A stretch of DNA of 64,000 nt from an uncultured bacterium (GTDB taxonomy: Bacteria; Patescibacteriota; Microgenomatia; Levybacterales; UBA12049). Shown here piece after piece: positions 1 to 8,407 of the stretch. The position numbers and the translations under genes were made by a program. The DNA is taken from NCBI GenBank assembly GCA_963826535.1, contig CAWGXL010000010.1, forward strand, positions 234,814-298,813. The letters are read 5' to 3'. Positions within the stretch are counted from its first letter, which is position 1; every line of letters begins with the position of its first letter. Below the pieces are notes generated by a model. The model saw only the letters and a program-made list of their open reading frames with translations. It did not search any database and had not been told where the DNA came from.

Positions 1-2
1 AA

Positions 3-527
3 ACAGAAGGAATCATCATAAAAAGAAAAAACTATGGGGAAGCCGATAGGATTCTAACAGTCTTCACCCCATACCAAGGCAAAATTCAGGTAAAAGCATC
101 CGGAATACGAAGAATTCCAAGCAGACGCTCTGCACATGTGGAATTATTAAACTTTTCAATACTTAGTCTATATAAAGGAAGCGGTTTCCCCATTTTGACA
201 GAAGCAGAAACTTTAGAAAATTTTTCCGCGATCAAAGACAGTCTACAAAAAATTGGGCATGCTTACCATCTCTGCGAACTTATAGACGGTCTTTGTCCTG
301 AAAACCAAGAGAACACAAAAGCATTTTATCTACTCAAAAATATTCTAACAAACTTATCTAATTTCACGACCACTGATATCCGGGAGTTTGAAATCGAATT
401 ATTGTCAACACTTGGGTTTTGGAGCAAAGCGGACATGCTGACCGGCAATTTCAATACCCACCTCTTCATCGAAAACATCCTCGAACGCAAACTCAAAAGC
501 CACGACATATTCTCCAAAATGCAATAA
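3..527 (+). CDS. recO: DNA repair protein RecO, C-terminal part (5' end outside window)
   Basis: Frame 3 is open from the window edge and reads TEGIIIKRKNYGEADRILTVFTPYQGKIQVKASGIRRIPSRRS..., matching the conserved RecO N-terminal OB-fold region (YGEADRIL...GKI...KG.R.). The ORF track only shows it from the internal Met at 138. Confidence 0.8.
   Translation, partial: TEGIIIKRKNYGEADRILTVFTPYQGKIQVKASGIRRIPSRRSAHVELLNFSILSLYKGSGFPILTEAETLENFSAIKDSLQKIGHAYHLCELIDGLCPENQENTKAFYLLKNILTNLSNFTTTDIREFEIELLSTLGFWSKADMLTGNFNTHLFIENILERKLKSHDIFSKMQ
496..527 (+). repeat. 32-bp direct repeat copy 1 (AAAGCCACGACATATTCTCCAAAATGCAATAA), the last 32 nt of recO including its stop codon
   Basis: Seen directly. 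The same 32-mer recurs at 1029-1060 (28/32 identical) and 1731-1762 (31/32 identical). Confidence 0.9.
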
Positions 528-578
528 CAAATCAAAAATATTGTATTCTAATTTCTTATCTGTAATAATAAAGAAGAG

Positions 579-1013
579 ATGGATACAACTATAAATCAAG
601 AAGCAACGATTCCTGTCCAAACTCTTGGTGCCGTATCACCGGCAAATTTGAAAAAAAGTATTTTACCATGGTGCCTAATTATCATGGGTACATTAGCATT
701 AATTATCCCATTAGCAATATTGTGGATACTGTTGCCTCCAATTGTTACATTAATATCATCATTGGGCGGCGGCTCTATTGGTTTAGTAATTGCATTACCG
801 TTAGCAGGCATTCTTGGATTTTTTATCGGCCAAATATTTTATGGTATTAGTCTAGTCAGGAAGCAAATAAAAGCTGGAGGGATAGACGCAATTCAAATAA
901 AATGGGCAATAATCTTATTAGTAGGTGGAGTTATTGTAGCATTTCTCTTTATTCCGGCATTCTTAATTTCCATAATGAATCCATTATACGGAATAATTGA
1001 ATCAATTAAATAA
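579..1013 (+). CDS. Small polytopic membrane protein (about 4 TM helices), unknown function; cargo of cassette 1
   Basis: 144-aa hydrophobic ORF with Gly-rich TM segments. It lies between repeat copies 1 and 2. Confidence 0.55.
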   Translation: MDTTINQEATIPVQTLGAVSPANLKKSILPWCLIIMGTLALIIPLAILWILLPPIVTLISSLGGGSIGLVIALPLAGILGFFIGQIFYGISLVRKQIKAGGIDAIQIKWAIILLVGGVIVAFLFIPAFLISIMNPLYGIIESIK

Positions 1014-1028
1014 GAGTTTGTCTATTTA

Positions 1029-1060
1029 AAAGCTACGACATCTTCTCCAAGCTGCAATAA
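1029..1060 (+). repeat. 32-bp direct repeat copy 2 (AAAGCTACGACATCTTCTCCAAGCTGCAATAA)
   Basis: Seen directly, 16 nt downstream of the stop of the membrane-protein ORF. Confidence 0.9.
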
Positions 1061-1082
1061 ATTGCATATGCTATACTATTAC

Positions 1083-1379
1083 TTACATATGAAACATGCA
1101 AATCTGAAAAAAATAAAGAAAGAAATTTTACCAATTCTCAAAAAAGCTGGAGTAACTCGTGCTGCGATATTTGGCAGTGTTGCCAGAGGTGATGACACCA
1201 AAAAAAGCGATATTGATATGCTTGTAGATTTACCAAAAAAAATGAGCTTATTTGATGTTATCGATTTAGAATTTAAATTGGAAAAAGTCCTACATAGAAA
1301 AGTTGATCTCGTAGATTATGAAGCAATTAAACCTCGTATAAAACCATATATTATGCAGGATCAGGTACCCATTTTATGA
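1083..1379 (+). CDS. mntA: MntA-type nucleotidyltransferase (antitoxin of a HepT/MntA type VII TA pair)
   Basis: GSVARGDDTKKSDIDMLVD is the minimal nucleotidyltransferase motif (GS...DxD). The stop overlaps the downstream gene by 4 bp (ATGA). An alternative start is at 1062. Confidence 0.75.
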   Translation, partial: LHMKHANLKKIKKEILPILKKAGVTRAAIFGSVARGDDTKKSDIDMLVDLPKKMSLFDVIDLEFKLEKVLHRKVDLVDYEAIKPRIKPYIMQDQVPIL

Positions 1380-1720
1380 TCCGAGACCCCTTAATCTATC
1401 TGCATGACATACTCGAGAGTATTGAAAATATTGAGGAGGACACGCAGGGAATTTCGGAAGAAGAATTTCTCAAAAAGAGAATTATACAACAAGCAGTTAT
1501 AAGGAACTTAGAGATTATAGGCGAAGCCTCAAAGCAGTTATCAAGAGATTTTAAAAGCGCGAATCCCTCCATACCTTGGAATAAAATAACAGCAATGAGG
1601 AATAAAATCATTCATGAATACTTTGGACTGAAATTAAATGTAATTTGGCAGACAATAAATGAAGACTTACCACCTCTTAAAAAACAGATAAGAAAAATGC
1701 TGGACAATTCCTCGCAGTGA
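1376..1720 (+). CDS. hepT: HepT-type HEPN toxin (DUF86, nucleotidyltransferase substrate-binding family)
   Basis: The C-terminal HEPN Rx4HxY motif is present as RNKIIHEY. Size about 114 aa. Translationally coupled to mntA. Confidence 0.75.
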   Translation: MIRDPLIYLHDILESIENIEEDTQGISEEEFLKKRIIQQAVIRNLEIIGEASKQLSRDFKSANPSIPWNKITAMRNKIIHEYFGLKLNVIWQTINEDLPPLKKQIRKMLDNSSQ

Positions 1721-1730
1721 AATGATTATC

Positions 1731-1762
1731 AAAGCCACGACATATTCTCCAAACTGCAATAA
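1731..1762 (+). repeat. 32-bp direct repeat copy 3 (AAAGCCACGACATATTCTCCAAACTGCAATAA)
   Basis: Seen directly, 11 nt after the hepT stop. Confidence 0.9.
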
Positions 1763-1806
1763 TTGTTTTACAACCCGTAGTATGCTAAGATCTTAATCTA
1801 ATTACT

Positions 1807-2550
1807 ATGGGAACAGAAGCTTGGCAAAATCGACCCTCAGGAGAACACGGCTCATCATCAGAAAGAAGAATTGGTGTGAGTCACCCGGTTATTGAAGTCA
1901 TAAACAGCAATCTCCCCATTATTAATGAACGCATAAAAGGTTATGATTCTACCCTATTTAAAAGTGCACGATCTTATGACGACAGTTTACGCAAAGCACT
2001 AGAGCATCGTGACAAATATAACAAGAATAATTTTAGTTTCTTGGCTGATGCATTTGTAAACGTAGGACCTTTTCCTTTGGAGCCATTAGACATTGCTCTT
2101 ATTTGGTCTCGCGGAAAAGAAATGTTTACAAGCTTTAGTAAAAATGATTTTCCGCGTCTTGTGTCAACTGCCTATACAGTTCAAGATGCTCAAACTTCAG
2201 ATTGGAAAAACGTTCCTCGTCAGTTCTTTGAGAAAAAAACTATTCCAGAAGCTGTGCATAATGATGTAAGTGGCATAGCCAATGTCAGAGGGAAAGTCAG
2301 GTATGTATTGCAAAATGCTTTTGCACTATACGAATATGTATATGGACTACCGTATGACTGGGCATATCAATCTACCGGTGTTGCCGAAAGAATTAGAGAA
2401 GGTGATTCTAGCGTGAAAGCAGAAATTGACAAATTTATTGTAGAAAATGGAGAAAATGCAGTTACTGAAATTGCTGAAGACTTTTCAATTGGATTAACCT
2501 CTTTTAATGACCTATTAAGCGACTTACACTGTCCAAAATTACAAGAGTAG
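1807..2550 (+). CDS. Hypothetical protein (247 aa), no recognisable domain; possible third cargo gene
   Basis: Long ORF downstream of repeat copy 3. A short remnant of the repeat end (TGCAATAA) lies at 2608-2615 before the convergent gene. Confidence 0.45.
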   Translation: MGTEAWQNRPSGEHGSSSERRIGVSHPVIEVINSNLPIINERIKGYDSTLFKSARSYDDSLRKALEHRDKYNKNNFSFLADAFVNVGPFPLEPLDIALIWSRGKEMFTSFSKNDFPRLVSTAYTVQDAQTSDWKNVPRQFFEKKTIPEAVHNDVSGIANVRGKVRYVLQNAFALYEYVYGLPYDWAYQSTGVAERIREGDSSVKAEIDKFIVENGENAVTEIAEDFSIGLTSFNDLLSDLHCPKLQE

Positions 2551-2621
2551 ACAAAGTCAACCTGCTGCTAAAACTCACTAAATTTAAACCACTTAATTTT
2601 TGATCATTGCAATAAATCGGA

Positions 2622-3827
2622 TCATGAACCGGAGCTATTAGGGACAAGAATTTCCTCCATTAATGCTTTATAAGCAATTACAAGCTCACCTGGCGATCTA
2701 GCCGGCACATGCTCATTTGGTTCATGGATAGTTGTGCCCGGCAATCCAAGCTCTATAACATGAGTCCCTAAGGGTGAAAAAAATCCTCCATCCGATGTGC
2801 CGCCGCCTCCTGAAAGCCTAGGAGTTACGCCCAAAGAACTTTTTAAACTTCTTTGCGCAGCAGCAATTAATGGACTATCTTTCGGAGTTCCATATGGTTT
2901 ACCACTTAATCTCCATTCAGCGGCAAAAGCATTTTTAGGTGGTTTTTTACCCCTCGCTACTTTTTCATATACAATTTCCGCCATTTGTGTAAAATGACGT
3001 TGGATATCAGCATCCGTAGCTGATGGATTAGTTCTCCAGTTTCCCTGTACTATCGCCTTGGCAGCGGTTTGATTCTCAACCTCTGCGCTGGCTTGTATAT
3101 CCCATACACGGAAACTTGTTGGAGGAAATCTGGGGTCAGGATTTTCTTCCCAAGATCCATCAAGTCCTTCTACAAAAAGTCTTGCAGCAACTTCAGCAGC
3201 ATCAATACCATTGTTTTTTGCAATATGTCCGGTTATTCCATTAATTGTTAATCTAACGTGGTGCGATCCACGGCGACCTATATATATTTGATCTCCTACA
3301 ACCTTAATACTTGAAGCCTCTCCAACAACTGCATACTCCGGACGCAGACCATCCTTACGAAGTCTTTCTACTGCATATTTTGTACCATCTGTACGTTGAG
3401 CTTCCTCGTCACTGGTAATTAAAAACCCAATTGAACCAAAAAGGCTTTCTGGAGCATGATCTTGCAGTAATTGTTCCGTCGCGACCATCATACACGCAAT
3501 GGCACACTTCATATCTGCCACACCCCGGCCATACAATTTGCCGCGATGATGTATAAGCTCGAAAGGATCAAGTTGTTTCTTATTAACAACCCAACTCTCT
3601 CTTGGTCCTGGAGGAACAATATCTGTATGTCCTGCAAAAATCAACAAGGGCCCTTTCTCAAAATCTTTAAGCGCCCACGTGTTTGTAGTATCCTTACGGG
3701 AGAGATCTGTAATTGCAAACCCTAACGGAACTAAATGGTCACGAATAATAGTTTGGCATCCTTCATCACGAGGACTTAAGCTCTGGCGCTCAATTAAATT
3801 TGCAGCAATATCAATTTCTTTTGACAT
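2622..3827 (-). CDS. M20 family metallopeptidase (ArgE/DapE-like deacylase)
   Basis: M20 signatures HTDIVP, GVADMK and SDEE (metal ligands). 401 aa. Confidence 0.75.
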   Translation of the reverse strand: MSKEIDIAANLIERQSLSPRDEGCQTIIRDHLVPLGFAITDLSRKDTTNTWALKDFEKGPLLIFAGHTDIVPPGPRESWVVNKKQLDPFELIHHRGKLYGRGVADMKCAIACMMVATEQLLQDHAPESLFGSIGFLITSDEEAQRTDGTKYAVERLRKDGLRPEYAVVGEASSIKVVGDQIYIGRRGSHHVRLTINGITGHIAKNNGIDAAEVAARLFVEGLDGSWEENPDPRFPPTSFRVWDIQASAEVENQTAAKAIVQGNWRTNPSATDADIQRHFTQMAEIVYEKVARGKKPPKNAFAAEWRLSGKPYGTPKDSPLIAAAQRSLKSSLGVTPRLSGGGGTSDGGFFSPLGTHVIELGLPGTTIHEPNEHVPARSPGELVIAYKALMEEILVPNSSGS

Positions 3828-3939
3828 CTTATAACTTCGTTGGCAGGTGTATTCTACTAAAAATTTACCTGGAATGCTATGGAAGTATAAAGTTTTACTT
3901 TTATTTACGTTTTTTGCTTTTTATTGTTATAATAGTGCT

Positions 3940-5439
3940 ATGGCTGAGAATCGCACACCAGTTAATTCGGGTCTTATGGACAAGATTGTCGCACTCGCCA
4001 AACGTCGCGGTTTTATCTACCCAGGTTCCGAAATTTATGGAGGACTTGCCAATACCTATGACTATGGCCCCATGGGTACCGAACTTCTCCGCAATATTAA
4101 AAATCTTTGGTGGAAATATTTTGTTCAGGACCGGAGCGACATCGTAGGCCTGGATGCCGGTCTGATTTCCCACCACAAAATATGGGAAGCCTCCGGCCAT
4201 GTCGCCGGTTTCGCCGACGCTATGATTGACTGTAAAAACTGCAAAGCCCGCATGCGCGCGGATCACTTATTAGAGGCACAATTAGGTATTGAAACTGGTA
4301 TTCCCCGGCATAAATTAAAAAAAACTCTCCAATCTGAAAATGATAATACATTTAATAATGAAGAAAGAAAAATTTTATTAACAGTTGTAGACTCGGGTAA
4401 AGTAGAAGGTTTATATATTGAACTATTAAATAAATTAGTTACTTTCCTAAATCCGGAGTGTCCTAACTGTGGGAAGCGCGACTGGACTGCTATTCGGAAG
4501 TTTAATTTATTATTCCCTGTCCAATTGGGCATTATCGAAGGCGAAGGGGGAATGGGCTACTTACGGGGGGAAACAGCCCAGGGAATCTTTATAAATTTCC
4601 GTAATGTAGTTGATTCCACGCGGGTACGACTACCATTTGGTATCGCCCAGCTTGGCAAAAGCTTCCGTAATGAAATAACACCCGGAAATTCCATCTTTCG
4701 CACAATTGAATTTGAACTCGCAGAAATAGAATATTTTTTCGATCCTGAGATTATTTCACCAGACGAGTTGTTTGAAAAATGGAAAAACGCGCTTTGGGAT
4801 TTTGTTACCAAAGAGCTCAAAGTTTTAGCAACAAATCTCCGTTGGCGGGCACACAATGACGATGAGCGATCATTTTATAGTGAACGCACCGAAGATATGG
4901 AATACAAATTCCCATTTGGATTTAAAGAATTATTGGGACTGGCATATCGAACCAATTATGATCTATCCCAGCATATGAAAATTTCCAAAAAAGACCTGAC
5001 AATTACCGATCCGCATACTGGAAAGAAGATCCTTCCGCACGTTATTGAACCGGCACTGGGAATTAATCGATTACTATTAATGATACTAATTGACTCCTAT
5101 ACTGAGGAAGAGAAGCGGGTAGTTTTAAAACTTAACCCGCAACTCGCACCATATAAAGTTGCCGTTTTTCCTCTGCTCGCCAACAAAGAAAATTTAGTCG
5201 AGAAAGCAAAAGAAATATATGATGAACTAAAGCAACATTTTATGGTTGTCTTTGATGACCGTGGCAATATTGGCAAACGATACCTTGCCCAAGACGAAAT
5301 CGGCACACCCTGGTGCGTCACAGTTGATTTTGATTCCCTCGAAGACGATACAGTCACAATTCGTGACCGTGATACAACCAAACAAGAAAGAGTACCAATA
5401 AAAGAGCTATCTGCCTACTTCCACCAAAAACTCACTTAA
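3940..5439 (+). CDS. glyQS: Glycine--tRNA ligase (class II, dimeric GlyQS type)
   Basis: ...MDKIVALAKRRGFIYPGSEIYGGLANTYDYGPMG... is the typical GlyRS N-terminus, and class II motifs are present. Start chosen at ATG 3940, which has a TATAAT-like box at 3928-3933; alternative starts are 3847 or 3976. Confidence 0.85.
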   Translation: MAENRTPVNSGLMDKIVALAKRRGFIYPGSEIYGGLANTYDYGPMGTELLRNIKNLWWKYFVQDRSDIVGLDAGLISHHKIWEASGHVAGFADAMIDCKNCKARMRADHLLEAQLGIETGIPRHKLKKTLQSENDNTFNNEERKILLTVVDSGKVEGLYIELLNKLVTFLNPECPNCGKRDWTAIRKFNLLFPVQLGIIEGEGGMGYLRGETAQGIFINFRNVVDSTRVRLPFGIAQLGKSFRNEITPGNSIFRTIEFELAEIEYFFDPEIISPDELFEKWKNALWDFVTKELKVLATNLRWRAHNDDERSFYSERTEDMEYKFPFGFKELLGLAYRTNYDLSQHMKISKKDLTITDPHTGKKILPHVIEPALGINRLLLMILIDSYTEEEKRVVLKLNPQLAPYKVAVFPLLANKENLVEKAKEIYDELKQHFMVVFDDRGNIGKRYLAQDEIGTPWCVTVDFDSLEDDTVTIRDRDTTKQERVPIKELSAYFHQKLT

Positions 5440-5476
5440 TCGTCCTCTTGAATTTTAAAAATAAACAGTATATATT

Positions 5477-5872
5477 ATGTCTATGTTCACAAAAATTCAG
5501 TTAGATCAACTCCAAAAACTCTTTGATTCTAACAATAAATCTAACAATAAAAAAATTAGAAAAGATATACACGAAGATATCAAAACTTCAGAAAACAGGC
5601 TAAGACTGGAAATTCAAGTATCCAATCAACAGCTAGAAGATAAGCTAAATAAAAAAATTGACACTTCCAATCAACAACTTGAAAGTAAATTGCGAAAAGA
5701 AATCCAAGGCTCCAATCGACAACTAAAGGAAGAATTAAGTCTAAAAATTGATTCTTCACAAGAAGATACAATAGAAATCTTATCAGCTTTGATACACACA
5801 GGAATTAACATGCAGGAAAGACGCATTAAGCGCATAGAAGATAACCTCGATCTCCCCCCATTAAAAGATTAA
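5477..5872 (+). CDS. Coiled-coil protein with three tandem 15-aa (45-nt) repeats (SNQQLExKL...), unknown function
   Basis: Repeats at about 5625, 5669 and 5711, visible in both DNA and protein. Low-complexity Lys/Gln/Glu-rich sequence. Confidence 0.5.
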   Translation: MSMFTKIQLDQLQKLFDSNNKSNNKKIRKDIHEDIKTSENRLRLEIQVSNQQLEDKLNKKIDTSNQQLESKLRKEIQGSNRQLKEELSLKIDSSQEDTIEILSALIHTGINMQERRIKRIEDNLDLPPLKD

Positions 5873-5923
5873 TTATCGTAGGCTGCTATTGACAGTTGAA
5901 AATAATTTAAGTATTCTAAGGTC

Positions 5924-6424
5924 ATGTTAAAGAATAGAACAACTCAAATTGTCATAGGTGTAGTAGTTATCCTTATTCTCGCCGGCGGCTACTTTCTTTT
6001 CCTAAATAAATCATCTACAGAATCCAATGCAGAACAAAATCAATCAATAGATACCGGACCGCAAAATATATCTCCAGACGAAATAGACCTCGAGATGACT
6101 GCTTCACCAGATAAAAAGAAAGTTCAATTTACCATAGGTAAGCTCACCGACATTAAAGCGCTTGCCTACGAACTCACCTACGAAGCCGAATCAACAGAGC
6201 AAGAGAGAAGTGAAGGAGCAGAGGAACGAATTCCTCGCGGAATAACCGGCGATGCTAAATTTAGTCGTAGCGAAAGCAAATACCAATCTCCATGGCTCGA
6301 TTTAGGCAGTTGTTCCAAAAATGTCTGCCGGTATGATAAGGGAATCGAATCTATCAACCTGATACTCAAAATTACAAAAGAAAATAACAAAATCTACGCA
6401 ACAGAGAAAGAACTAGACTTATAA
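5924..6424 (+). CDS. Hypothetical exported or membrane-anchored protein (N-terminal TM helix)
   Basis: N-terminal hydrophobic segment IVIGVVVILILAGGYFLFL, then a polar domain. Confidence 0.45.
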   Translation: MLKNRTTQIVIGVVVILILAGGYFLFLNKSSTESNAEQNQSIDTGPQNISPDEIDLEMTASPDKKKVQFTIGKLTDIKALAYELTYEAESTEQERSEGAEERIPRGITGDAKFSRSESKYQSPWLDLGSCSKNVCRYDKGIESINLILKITKENNKIYATEKELDL

Positions 6425-6566
6425 CCTCATACTTTTTTCTTACAAATACATACCCTGGAGTTTAAATATTCTCTTACAATTTGACAAAAATGGTTGTTGA
6501 CAACTCTACAATAAAGGGTCAAAATATACAAAGGTAGTACAAAGTAGGATGAAGTAGTCTTTTAGT

Positions 6567-6998
6567 ATGTTACTCGGGCAGTATGACGGAAAAATAAGTG
6601 AAAAACATCAGGTAGCCTTTCCGAAAAAATTCAGAGAAGAGCTGGGTAAAAAACTTATAGTTACAAAAGGATTTGAAAACTGTCTAATTGTAGTGTCTGA
6701 GGATAATTGGAAAACACTTTTAGAAGGAACTGAAGGTAAGCCCTTTACCAATAAAAATACTAGAGAATTACAACGTTTCCTACTTGGAAATGCGACTTAT
6801 GTTGAACTTGATACGAAAGGAAGATTTGTTTTACCGGAATTTTTGCGAAGCTTCGCCGGGATCAAAAACGATATCATTTTCGCAGGTATACAACGTTTCG
6901 TCGAAATATGGGACAACAAGACTTGGAATGAGCACCAGAAAGAACTTTCTGGAAATATCTCATCAATAGCAGAGAGACTGTCGGCAGGAGATGAATAA
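6567..6998 (+). CDS. mraZ: Transcriptional regulator MraZ
   Basis: MLLGQYDGKISEKHQVAFPKKFREELG... matches the MraZ duplicated SpoVT/AbrB-like fold. First gene of the dcw cluster. Confidence 0.85.
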   Translation: MLLGQYDGKISEKHQVAFPKKFREELGKKLIVTKGFENCLIVVSEDNWKTLLEGTEGKPFTNKNTRELQRFLLGNATYVELDTKGRFVLPEFLRSFAGIKNDIIFAGIQRFVEIWDNKTWNEHQKELSGNISSIAERLSAGDE

Positions 6999-7872
6999 TT
7001 ATCATGTTAGTGTACTTTTACAGGAAGTAATCGAATATCTAAACGTAACAAAGGGAGAGAAATATATTGACGCTACTCTTGGCGGCGGTGGACACGCAAT
7101 TGAAATAGTTAAGCGTGGCGGAATTGTTCTAGGTTTTGACGCCGATCAAGAAGCAATTGATTTTGTTTTAGAAAGTCACAAATCACTAATCACAGGTCAT
7201 AAATTAACGGTTGTTAGGGGGAATTTTAAGGACATTAAAAAAATAGCAAGCGAATACGGATTTAACAATGTAGCAGGTGTAATATTTGATCTTGGGGTTT
7301 CTAGCCATCAGTTTGATAGCGGCTGGAGAGGATTCAGTTTCCGAAAAGAAGGACCGCTTGATATGCGGATGGATAGTGATCTCAAGGTGCAAGCCAAAGA
7401 CCTTGTTAATATACTAACGAAAGGAGAACTCTATGAGCTATTTTCTAAATTGGGTGAAGAACGATTTTCTCGATCCATTGCTAACAGTATTATTAGGGCC
7501 CGTCGAATAAGACCGTTCACGTCAACAACGCAATTATCGGATATTATCAGCGGAGCGGTACCATTCGACAAATTAAGATTAGATGCAATTGCGCGTATTT
7601 ATCAAGCACTACGGATCGCAATTAATGATGAACTTAATAATTTGAGAGAAGCCCTGCCGCAAGCATTTGAGCTGCTTGCCAAATCAGGAAAAATCGCAGT
7701 TATATCTTTTCATTCGCTTGAAGATAGAATAGTAAAAAATCAATTCCTACAATGGCAGGATGAAGGAAAAGGTTCTATTCTCACCAAAAAGCCAATCAGG
7801 CCGAGCGAAGAAGAAATAGAAAAAAACAAAAGAAGTAGAAGCGCTAAGTTACGGGTTATTCAAAAAAATTAA
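6991..7872 (+). CDS. rsmH: 16S rRNA (cytosine1402-N4)-methyltransferase RsmH (MraW)
   Basis: N-terminal YHVSVLLQEVIEYL...DATLGGGGHA, SAM-MTase motifs, 8-bp overlap with mraZ. Confidence 0.9.
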   Translation: MNNYHVSVLLQEVIEYLNVTKGEKYIDATLGGGGHAIEIVKRGGIVLGFDADQEAIDFVLESHKSLITGHKLTVVRGNFKDIKKIASEYGFNNVAGVIFDLGVSSHQFDSGWRGFSFRKEGPLDMRMDSDLKVQAKDLVNILTKGELYELFSKLGEERFSRSIANSIIRARRIRPFTSTTQLSDIISGAVPFDKLRLDAIARIYQALRIAINDELNNLREALPQAFELLAKSGKIAVISFHSLEDRIVKNQFLQWQDEGKGSILTKKPIRPSEEEIEKNKRSRSAKLRVIQKN

Positions 7873-7889
7873 AAAGTCAGTTTTTGCAG

Positions 7890-7957
7890 CCCGCCGGCAA
7901 AGCGCTCATCGAGCCGTACTCGAATAGAATTGAAAAGGCGGAAGTAAGCTTAGGCGG
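7890..7957. repeat. Family-2 palindromic intergenic repeat, copy A (CCCGCCGGCAAAGCGCTCATCGAGCCGTACTC...GAAGTAAGCTTAGGCGGG)
   Basis: Imperfect long hairpin. Two near-identical copies lie at 38883-38952 and 52694-52783. Confidence 0.8.
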
Positions 7958-7966
7958 GGAAAGAAT

Positions 7967-8308
7967 ATGAAACACAAATATAATAAATCAACAATAATAA
8001 AACAGTCATCAACTATGAAAAAACCATTATTACTACTTATTTTTTTCGTTAGTATTGTACTTGGTCTCTCAATTATTCAGGTTGCGGTTTCGAACAAATT
8101 ATCTACCACAGGTATCGAACTGGAAAACCTGCAATCCCAAATTACAAAATATAAGAAAGAAAATACGACTCTTGAAGAAAAAGTACTGGAAGCGTCAGCT
8201 CTTATAAATGTTTCAAAGAAGGCTAAAGCATTAGGACTCGTCGAAACAAAATCACAAATTTACTTATCAAATCCTTTGCCTCTTGCACTAGGTAATGCAA
8301 ATGAATAA
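7967..8308 (+). CDS. ftsL: Cell division protein FtsL-like (single TM plus coiled coil)
   Basis: Small bitopic protein between rsmH and ftsI with a TM helix (LLLLIFFVSIVLGL) and then a coiled coil. The call rests on position and architecture. Confidence 0.55.
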   Translation: MKHKYNKSTIIKQSSTMKKPLLLLIFFVSIVLGLSIIQVAVSNKLSTTGIELENLQSQITKYKKENTTLEEKVLEASALINVSKKAKALGLVETKSQIYLSNPLPLALGNANE

Positions 8309-8310
8309 AC

Positions 8311-8381
8311 GTCATTCCTACTAAAGCAGGAATCTTATCATTTAATATTATTAGTTTCCCTTTTGCACTGGAATGACAAGG
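8311..8381. repeat. Family-1 MITE-like element, short copy (GTCATTCC...GGAATGACAAGG terminal inverted repeats)
   Basis: GTCATTCC at 8311-8318 and GGAATGAC at 8370-8377. The ends are shared with the copies at 15422, 38491 and 46355. Confidence 0.7.
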
Positions 8382-8407
8382 TGAAATTAAGATATAATTA
8401 GTCAGCA

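Noticed and set aside
496-1762. Three evenly spaced 32-bp direct repeats as a CRISPR array
   Set aside because: The spacers are 0.5-0.7-kb protein-coding genes, the repeats lack dyad symmetry, and there are no cas genes. The pattern is an insertion-cassette footprint instead.
3471-3725. Plus-strand 84-aa ORF and other short ORFs antisense to the M20 peptidase, glyQS, atpA and dnaE
   Set aside because: They lie entirely inside better-supported genes on the opposite strand and have no motifs, so they are typical antisense artefacts.
6481-6512. Two TTGACA hexamers and a TACAAT upstream of mraZ as its promoter
   Set aside because: Spacings are wrong (20 nt and 4 nt), so the pairing is not convincing. 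No clear MraZ-box repeats were seen.
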